A DNA stretch of 64,000 nucleotides from Candidatus Omnitrophota bacterium. Its GTDB lineage: Bacteria > Omnitrophota > Gorgyraeia > B26-G9. The position numbers and the translations under genes are program-made. The first letter of the stretch is position 1, and every line of letters starts with the position of its first letter. A model generated the notes under the pieces. It saw only the letters and a list, made by a program, of their open reading frames with translations, did no database searches and was not told the origin of the DNA. Of this stretch, positions 10,319 to 17,223 are shown in pieces. The DNA is taken from NCBI GenBank assembly GCA_043814605.1, contig JBDRJV010000007.1:67354-131353 (forward strand). Direction: 5' to 3'.

Positions 10319-10927
10319 ATGAAAAAGTCAAAAACAAAACAAATCGGAGAAATTCTCATTGAAATCGGGCTAATCAGCCAGGAACAATTAGATAAGGCCT
10401 TAGAAGTTCAGTTAAAAGAGGGTGGTCTGCTGGGGCAAATTTTAATTAAACTGGGTTTTGTGACCCAGGAAGAAATGGAAAAAAGTCTTTTTGAACAGAC
10501 AAGCAATGCGCAAAAACTAGAAAATGCTTTAATTGAAGCGAGTATGATTAGTCCGGAGCAATTACAAAAAGCAAAAAAAGTGTTAGCGGAAGAAGGGGGT
10601 TTTTTAATTGAGAAGATTATTCGCCTGGGGTTTTTAGAAGAAGAAGATTTTGTCAGCACTATGGTTACTCAATACGGATTTCCTTATTTACAATTAACAA
10701 ATTATGAGATTGAAGCGGAATTTGTAAAATTAGTGCCCAAGGAAATTGCCAAGAAATATTGCCTGATCCCGATTGATAAAATAGGGAATATCCTTACACT
10801 GGCCATGATTGATCCTCTTAATGCTGCCGCACAGGATGAAATAAGAAAAATTACCGGATTAAATGTAGAAGTTTTTATTTCAACCCTTTCTGATATTAAT
10901 AATGCGATTAATAAATACTACGCTTAA
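10319..10927 (+). CDS. Stand-alone MshEN/GspE-N domain protein (no ATPase)
   Basis: IGEILIEIGLISQEQLDKALEVQ..LGQILIKLG motif pair, a second degenerate pair, then MshEN_C (LTLAMIDPLN). Confidence 0.82.
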   Translation: MKKSKTKQIGEILIEIGLISQEQLDKALEVQLKEGGLLGQILIKLGFVTQEEMEKSLFEQTSNAQKLENALIEASMISPEQLQKAKKVLAEEGGFLIEKIIRLGFLEEEDFVSTMVTQYGFPYLQLTNYEIEAEFVKLVPKEIAKKYCLIPIDKIGNILTLAMIDPLNAAAQDEIRKITGLNVEVFISTLSDINNAINKYYA

Positions 10928-10951
10928 TTAAATATGATTGAGGCTGTATAA

Positions 10952-12667
10952 ATGATGCAAAGTGTTAAAGACAAAATGCTGGAGGTGTTAACGCGTTCTA
11001 ATTTTTTAACCAAAGAGCAATTGGACGAAGCGATCCTGACACAAAAAAAAACCGGTACGCGTTTGAGTGAAGTTTTAATAACCCTCGGCTATATTTCACA
11101 GCGGGATTTAGTGATTGTATTAAGCCAGAGTTTAAATATCCCCCCGATAAATTTAGCCAAAATGAAGATTAATCCGGAAGTTGTTAAAATTATTCCCCGT
11201 GAGCTTGCCGAAAAATACCAGGCAATAGTAGTTTCTAAAATTGGCAAAATATTAACCATTGCCATGGTTGATCCTTTAAATGTTTTGGCGATTGATGAAT
11301 TAAAAGTATTAACAAACTTTACGCTTAAAATTGTTATTGCTTCAGAAGAGCAGTTAAAAGAAGCGATCAGCAATTATTATAGTGTTACGACGAATGCTCA
11401 GATCCGCGGCATTATTGATGACGTAAAAGATATGGATATTGAAATCATTGAAGACAAACTGGAAAAAGAATTTTCGATCAGTTCGCAGGAATTGTTAAGA
11501 GCGGTAGAAGATGCTCCGGTTGTAAAAATTACAAATTTAATTCTCTCGGAAGCAATAAAACTCAAGGCGAGTGATATTTTAATCGAACCGCAGGAAAAAA
11601 GATTACGGATCCGCTATCGTTTAGATGGTATTTTAAAAGAATTTCCTTCCCCTCCCAAATCAATGCAAGAGGCGATTGTTTCCCGGATTAAGGTTATGTC
11701 TATATTGAACATTGCCGAACATCGCCTGCCGCAGGATGGCCGTTTTAAAATTAAACTGCAAAACCGCGAGGTTGATTTTCGTGTTTCAGTTATGCCGACC
11801 AGCCATGGGGAGAAAGTTGCCTTACGTATTTTAGATAAAACCGTGGTTGTTTTAGATATCGATGCTATGGGATTTGAAGAAGCACCGCTTAAAAAAATAA
11901 AAGAGATTTCTTTAGAACCGCACGGAATGATTCTGATGTGCGGGCCTACCGGCAGTGGTAAGTCAACCACCCTTTACAGTATTCTTAAACATATTGATGA
12001 CCCGGAAAAAAATTTATGCAGTGCGGAAGATCCGGTGGAATATCAATTAAAAGGGATAAACCAGGTAAATGTAAATACAGATGTGGGTTTAACGTTTGCC
12101 GGGTCGCTAAGGTCTTTTTTGCGTCAGGATCCGGATATAATTATGGTCGGGGAAATTCGCGATGTGGAGACTTTAGATATTTCGATTAAAGCAGCCTTAA
12201 CCGGTCATTTAGTTTTGAGTACATTACATACGACTGAGGCAGCGGGTGCCATAACCCGAATGGTAAATATGGGGATAGAACCTTTTTTAATTACATCCTC
12301 ATGCCTTCTGGTATGTGCACAGCGTTTAATTCGAAGAATTTGTCCGGATTGTAAAGAACCCTATCCCATTACCGAAGAGCTGCGGAAAGATTTTAAAATT
12401 CCGGCGAATTACAAAGAACTGTATCGAGGCAAAGGCTGTGCTAAGTGCGAAAAAACGGGATATCGGGGCAGGATTGGTTTATGTGAAGCTTTAGTGTTAA
12501 CCCCGGCAATTCGTGATTTAATTATGGAGCGGGTGCAGGAAAATGTGCTTAAAGCCAAAGCCCGGGAAGAGGGCATGAGCACTTTACGCGAAAACGGAGT
12601 GAAAAAAGCAATAAGAGGCATTACCACAATTGAAGAAGTAACCAGGCTAACTGTGGACGATGATTAA
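10952..12667 (+). CDS. pilB: Type IV pilus assembly ATPase PilB/GspE (copy 1)
   Basis: MshEN-like N-terminus, RLPQDGR, GPTGSGKS, LRQDPDIIMVGEIRD, Zn motifs CPDC/CAKC. Confidence 0.9.
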   Translation: MMQSVKDKMLEVLTRSNFLTKEQLDEAILTQKKTGTRLSEVLITLGYISQRDLVIVLSQSLNIPPINLAKMKINPEVVKIIPRELAEKYQAIVVSKIGKILTIAMVDPLNVLAIDELKVLTNFTLKIVIASEEQLKEAISNYYSVTTNAQIRGIIDDVKDMDIEIIEDKLEKEFSISSQELLRAVEDAPVVKITNLILSEAIKLKASDILIEPQEKRLRIRYRLDGILKEFPSPPKSMQEAIVSRIKVMSILNIAEHRLPQDGRFKIKLQNREVDFRVSVMPTSHGEKVALRILDKTVVVLDIDAMGFEEAPLKKIKEISLEPHGMILMCGPTGSGKSTTLYSILKHIDDPEKNLCSAEDPVEYQLKGINQVNVNTDVGLTFAGSLRSFLRQDPDIIMVGEIRDVETLDISIKAALTGHLVLSTLHTTEAAGAITRMVNMGIEPFLITSSCLLVCAQRLIRRICPDCKEPYPITEELRKDFKIPANYKELYRGKGCAKCEKTGYRGRIGLCEALVLTPAIRDLIMERVQENVLKAKAREEGMSTLRENGVKKAIRGITTIEEVTRLTVDDD

Positions 12668-12688
12668 AAATCAGGGTCAATTATAAAT

Positions 12689-14410
12689 ATGCGCAGAGCA
12701 AAAAAAAGACTGAATGAACTTTTATTAGATTATAATTTAATTGAAGAAAAGGAAGTTGTCCGGGCTTTAGAATTACAGCGTAAGCGGGGTGTGCCTTTAG
12801 CCACAATTTTAGTCGAGGAAAAATTTGTTAAAGAAGAAGATGTGGTTAGTTGTTTTTGCCGGCATTTAAATATTCCTCCGATTACTTTAGCAAAATTTTA
12901 TGGAGCCGAAAAAATTATTAAATTGATTCCCGAACACATTGCCCGGCATTACCGTTTACTTTGTGTTTCTCAGATGGGGAGAATGTTGACTGTGGCGATG
13001 TGTGATCCTTTAAATGTATTAGCAATTGATGATATCAAAGCTTTAACCGGATACGAGGTAACTCCGGTTGTTGCTGGCTTAGCGGATATGAAATTAGCTT
13101 TAGACAGATTTTATCTGGGAAAAGTTGAAGAAATTAAGCCGGAGCAGTCGTTTGATGAATTAGTAAAAGGTTTAGACAGTGAAGATATTGAGATAGTGAG
13201 TAATCAGTCTCAGATTGATATTGGCGAGGTTATTCGTTCCAGCAGTGAAGCACCGATAGTTAAAATTATTGATGCTTTAATTGCGGAATCTTTAATAAAA
13301 AGGGCTTCGGATATTCACATTGAGCCTTATGAAGATGAAATTCGGGTAAGATACCGCATTGACGGCGCGTTAATGCAAGCGGCAGTATTACCGAAAAAAA
13401 TTCAAAACGCTGTTGCCGCCAGACTTAAGATTATGTCTAATTTAGATATTACCCAAAGATTAGTGCCTCAGGACGGCAGGTTTAAAGTAAGGCTGGAGGA
13501 AAAAGAGGTTGATTTTCGTGTTTCAGTTTTGCCGATAAGTTTTGGGGAAAAGGTTGTTATGCGGGCTTTAGATAAATCGAATTTAAGTATTGGGCTGGAA
13601 GCTTTAGGTTTTCTGCCTCAGGCAATGGAGGCATTTCAATATGCGGTAACCCGGCCTTACGGAATGATTTTAGTGACCGGACCCACAGGTTCGGGTAAGT
13701 CAACAACACTTTACTCTGTTTTAAATAAATTAAACAACCCGGAGCGAAATATTATTACGATTGAAGACCCGGTTGAGTATCAGGTTGAGGGGATTACTCA
13801 GGTTCAGGTTAAACCGGACATCGGGCTTACTTTTGCCACAGGGTTACGTTCAATTTTACGGCAAAATCCGGATATTTTAATGGTAGGAGAAATCCGTGAT
13901 TTTGAAACCGCAGATATTGCGGTTAAGGCAGCTTTAACCGGGGCTTTGCTTTTAAGTACATTGCATACCAATGATGCACCGGGAGCAATAACCCGTCTTA
14001 TTGATATGGGGATTGAACCGTTTCTAATTTCCAGCAGTGTAATTGCGGTTGCTGCGCAGAGATTAGCGCGTAAGGTTTGTGCAGCTTGTAAAGAACCGCT
14101 TGAAATACCGCAAGCAGTATTAGACCGTTTAGGCATAAAACTGGATGCAAAAAAAATAAAAGCGTTTAAAGGCAAAGGTTGTGATAAATGTAGTGGCAGC
14201 GGGTACCGGGGCAGGTTTGCGATTTTAGAAGTTATGATTGTAACCGATGCAGTCCGGGAAATGATTATGAAGCGATGCTCGAGTGATGAAATTAAAAGAT
14301 ATGCCCGGAAAGAATTAGGCATGCTTACATTACGGGATACAGGGATTGAAAATTTTATCAGGGGCCAGACGACACTGGAAGAAGTATTAAGAGTAACATC
14401 GAGTGAATGA
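12689..14410 (+). CDS. pilB: Type IV pilus assembly ATPase PilB/GspE (copy 2)
   Basis: ASDIHIEP, PQDGR, GPTGSGKS, TIEDPVEY, LRQNPDILMVGEIRD, Zn motifs CAAC/CDKC. Confidence 0.9.
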   Translation: MRRAKKRLNELLLDYNLIEEKEVVRALELQRKRGVPLATILVEEKFVKEEDVVSCFCRHLNIPPITLAKFYGAEKIIKLIPEHIARHYRLLCVSQMGRMLTVAMCDPLNVLAIDDIKALTGYEVTPVVAGLADMKLALDRFYLGKVEEIKPEQSFDELVKGLDSEDIEIVSNQSQIDIGEVIRSSSEAPIVKIIDALIAESLIKRASDIHIEPYEDEIRVRYRIDGALMQAAVLPKKIQNAVAARLKIMSNLDITQRLVPQDGRFKVRLEEKEVDFRVSVLPISFGEKVVMRALDKSNLSIGLEALGFLPQAMEAFQYAVTRPYGMILVTGPTGSGKSTTLYSVLNKLNNPERNIITIEDPVEYQVEGITQVQVKPDIGLTFATGLRSILRQNPDILMVGEIRDFETADIAVKAALTGALLLSTLHTNDAPGAITRLIDMGIEPFLISSSVIAVAAQRLARKVCAACKEPLEIPQAVLDRLGIKLDAKKIKAFKGKGCDKCSGSGYRGRFAILEVMIVTDAVREMIMKRCSSDEIKRYARKELGMLTLRDTGIENFIRGQTTLEEVLRVTSSE

Positions 14411-14498
14411 TTAATTATTAATCTTTATTTTTAATTTTTTTAGAATATAATATAATCATAAAATAAAATTTAAAACATTAATTTATAAGGAGGATTTA

Positions 14499-15704
14499 AT
14501 GCCGCTATTCAAATATGAAGCAAAGGATGAGCAGGGTAATTCGGTAAATGATACAATTGAAGCAAAAGATCAACTGGTTGCTTTGGATATGCTGCGGGTT
14601 AAAAACCTGGTAATTATTTCGATCAGCGAAATTCAAAAGGCAAAGGGAGCAGCTAAAGTCAGCTCAAAAAAAATTAAACCAGATGAACTGGTTATTTTTT
14701 CCCGGCAATTAGCAACGATGGTTAATGCGGGTATTCCGCTGGTGCAAAGTTTGGATATTTTAAGTGAGCAGATGGAAAGTCCTTCTTTTCAGCATGTAGT
14801 TGCTACAGTACGCAGTGATGTGGAAGCAGGTTCTAGTTTATCCGCAGCTTTAGAAAAACACCCCAAGGTTTTTACGATGTTGTACACAAATATGGTAAGG
14901 GCTGGGGAAACAAGCGGTATGTTAGATGAGATTTTAGACCGTTTAGCTGGTTATTTAGAAAAAACCGGCCAGCTGCAAAGAAAAGTTAAATCAGCGATGG
15001 TTTATCCGGCAGTTGTATCATTAATGGCAGTCGCGATTACTCTCGTATTATTATTAAAAGTTATTCCGACTTTTAAAGAAATCTTTTCAACTCTAGGAGG
15101 TACTTTGCCATTGCCCACACAGATTTTAATCGGTATATCCGATACTTTAAGAGCGTATTTTGTTTATGCAGTAGCTCTATTAATTGCTTTTGGTTTTGCG
15201 ATGATTAAACTTGTACAGACTCCCAAAGGTAAAGAAAGATTTGATCAATTGAAGCTGAATTTGCCTGTATTTGGTATTTTATTAAGGAAAGTGGCTGTAG
15301 CCCGGTTTTCGCGGACTCTTTCTACGCTTATTCGGAGCGGCGTGCCGATTTTAGGTGCATTAGAGATTGTAGGAAAAACAGCGGGTAATGTTGTTATTGA
15401 AGCTGCGGTTGAGAGTGCCAGAGTAGGAATCAGGGAAGGTGAAAGCATTTCTGCTCCTTTAGCCAAGAGCAAGGCATTTCCTCCCATGGTAACAAGGATG
15501 ATTTCAGTAGGTGAAGAATCTGGAGAACTGGAAAAAATGCTTTCTAAAATTGCAGATTTTTATGAAGACCAGGTGGATGCTGCAGTGAGCGGGTTAACCA
15601 GCTTAATTGAACCATTAATCATTGCGTTTTTAGGTATAGTTGTGGGTTCGATTGTTATTGCTATGTTTCTGCCTATATTTAAGATTACAGAACTTATTGG
15701 GTAG
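14499..15704 (+). CDS. pilC: Type IV pilus platform protein PilC (GspF family)
   Basis: FSRQLATMVNAG, AGETSGML, KSAMVYP, GEESGEL, LIEP, AMFLPIF. Confidence 0.95.
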   Translation: MPLFKYEAKDEQGNSVNDTIEAKDQLVALDMLRVKNLVIISISEIQKAKGAAKVSSKKIKPDELVIFSRQLATMVNAGIPLVQSLDILSEQMESPSFQHVVATVRSDVEAGSSLSAALEKHPKVFTMLYTNMVRAGETSGMLDEILDRLAGYLEKTGQLQRKVKSAMVYPAVVSLMAVAITLVLLLKVIPTFKEIFSTLGGTLPLPTQILIGISDTLRAYFVYAVALLIAFGFAMIKLVQTPKGKERFDQLKLNLPVFGILLRKVAVARFSRTLSTLIRSGVPILGALEIVGKTAGNVVIEAAVESARVGIREGESISAPLAKSKAFPPMVTRMISVGEESGELEKMLSKIADFYEDQVDAAVSGLTSLIEPLIIAFLGIVVGSIVIAMFLPIFKITELIG

Positions 15705-15757
15705 CATAATATCTTGTGAATTAATAAGTTAAAATTAATAAATATTTTTCAAAAGTC

Positions 15758-15786
15758 TTGACGAAGTTTATTTGTTAATGTATACT
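15758..15786 (+). promoter_or_regulatory. sigma70 promoter of the riboswitch/minor pilin operon
   Basis: TTGACG-17 nt-TATACT. Confidence 0.7.
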
Positions 15787-15842
15787 TTAAATAGAGGCAA
15801 TATATGCATTTTTCTTATATTAGCCCTTTACAGCTGAAAAAA

Positions 15843-15964
15843 TCGAAAAAGGCAAACCTGTTGAAAAACAGGGACTCCCGCCAATGGCGGGATCCTGCTG
15901 CAGTTTAGGCAGGAGCAAAGCCGCGGGTCTAAAGGCGATCCTCATAGACAGCCGGGTTACCGAA
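15843..15964 (+). ncRNA. c-di-GMP-I (GEMM-I) riboswitch aptamer with a 39-nt insertion
   Basis: GGCAAACC-TGTT-GAAA-AACA-GGGAC [insert] GCAAAGCC-GCGGGTCTAA...AGACAGCCGGGTTACCGA matches the GEMM-I pattern; G at the G20-equivalent position (c-di-GMP type, not the A of cGAMP variants). Confidence 0.85.
15876..15914. repeat. Double GC-rich palindrome (REP/MITE-like) inserted in the aptamer
   Basis: TCCCGCC-AAT-GGCGGGA directly followed by TCCTGC-N10-GCAGGA, splitting the conserved GGGAC|GCAAAG. Confidence 0.7.
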
Positions 15965-15983
15965 GCAAAGGGGAAAACCAATG

Positions 15984-16026
15984 ATAGCCGAGCTACCGAA
16001 AAAAAGGTAGTGCGGCTATTTTTTTT
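15984..16026 (+). terminator. Intrinsic terminator (riboswitch expression platform)
   Basis: ATAGCCG-AG-CTACC / GGTAG-TG-CGGCTAT stem followed by a T-run, 15 nt before the pilin ATG. Confidence 0.8.
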
Positions 16027-16040
16027 ATGGGGTGAATTAA

Positions 16041-16502
16041 ATGAAAAATAAAAGCGGTTTTACTTTAATTGAGATTTTAGTTTCAGTAGGTATTTTGGCT
16101 ATAGCCTTAACCTCAACCCTACAAATCCTGAAATTTTTAAATGATCTGACTGAGCAAAATAATATTTCTGTAATTTGCACAAATCATAGCGAAGGGATTA
16201 TCAGCGCAATAAGAAACCTAAATTTTGATGATGTTATTTCAGCCTATGATGGCCGGACATTCACAATCCCGGAATTAACAGCTTTAAATATTAATCACAG
16301 CGGATTGATCAGGGCAAATGAAATCGAAGCAAATTTTTTGATCCGGGTTAAAGTTGTTGTCTGCTATCAGCAGAAAAACCGTTTTTTTGGTGAGGATATT
16401 AATTTTAATAATCTTTTAGATAGCGGTGAAGACCTGAATAATAACGGAGAAATAGATTCACCCTGTACTTTTGAAACTGTGATTGTAGATACGGAAAGAT
16501 AA
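16041..16502 (+). CDS. Minor pilin, PilV-like
   Basis: Prepilin site SG|FTLIE; C-terminal GEDxNxN..D.GEDxNxNG acidic motifs. Confidence 0.8.
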   Translation: MKNKSGFTLIEILVSVGILAIALTSTLQILKFLNDLTEQNNISVICTNHSEGIISAIRNLNFDDVISAYDGRTFTIPELTALNINHSGLIRANEIEANFLIRVKVVVCYQQKNRFFGEDINFNNLLDSGEDLNNNGEIDSPCTFETVIVDTER

Positions 16503-16508
16503 TCAAAA

Positions 16509-17198
16509 ATGAGGCATAAAATGAAATTAATCCCTAAAATAAAATTTAATAAGCAGGGTTTTACAATAATGGAAGCAATCATTTCTTCGAGTATTTTTGC
16601 CGTTGTTATCGGCTCGTTATTTGCAATGCTGATTATTCAAAATAATTTTTTTCAAACTGTAAATGCCAGGACAGACATGTCGCAGACAGCCCGCAAGGTG
16701 ATGAATAATATGGTTAAAGAATTGCGCATTTCTAAAATTGAATCTGTTGATCTTTATGCTCGTCCCCTGCACATCAGCGGAACTGAGGATACTATTAATG
16801 CCACAAGTATTTGTTTTCAAATACCGGTTGATTCTAATCCCGGAGACGGAAATTATAATTTTTTTGATGAATTCGGCCGGGTTGTATGGGGTGCGGATAA
16901 TGTGGATGGTTATAAAATCGAGTATTATTGGGATCAAGAAAATCAGCGGATTTTAAGACGGGTTTGGGATGCATCAGATACCGCTGTTTATGAGAATGTA
17001 ATTGCCGAGAATATTACCGGGTTTCGTATGCAGGGATTTAGCTGGAATTCAGGGGCGCAAACCTATGAATCTAAATCAGGCGGGCCATGCGATGTAGTGG
17101 AAATCACAGTAACTGCGGAAAAAACAAATTTAGGCGGCCGCACTCTGGAAATGCCTATTGTCTATACATTAAAAAACCAGGTTACCTGGCGCAATTAA
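16509..17198 (+). CDS. Minor pilin, PilW-like
   Basis: Prepilin site QG|FTIME, hydrophobic helix, M.KELR motif; position between PilV-like and PilX-like genes. Confidence 0.8.
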   Translation: MRHKMKLIPKIKFNKQGFTIMEAIISSSIFAVVIGSLFAMLIIQNNFFQTVNARTDMSQTARKVMNNMVKELRISKIESVDLYARPLHISGTEDTINATSICFQIPVDSNPGDGNYNFFDEFGRVVWGADNVDGYKIEYYWDQENQRILRRVWDASDTAVYENVIAENITGFRMQGFSWNSGAQTYESKSGGPCDVVEITVTAEKTNLGGRTLEMPIVYTLKNQVTWRN

Positions 17199-17223
17199 AC
17201 TTTATAAATATAAAGGAGGCGTA

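Noticed and set aside
15843-15964. 3',3'-cGAMP-sensing variant of the riboswitch
   Set aside because: The G20-equivalent nucleotide is G, as in c-di-GMP binders
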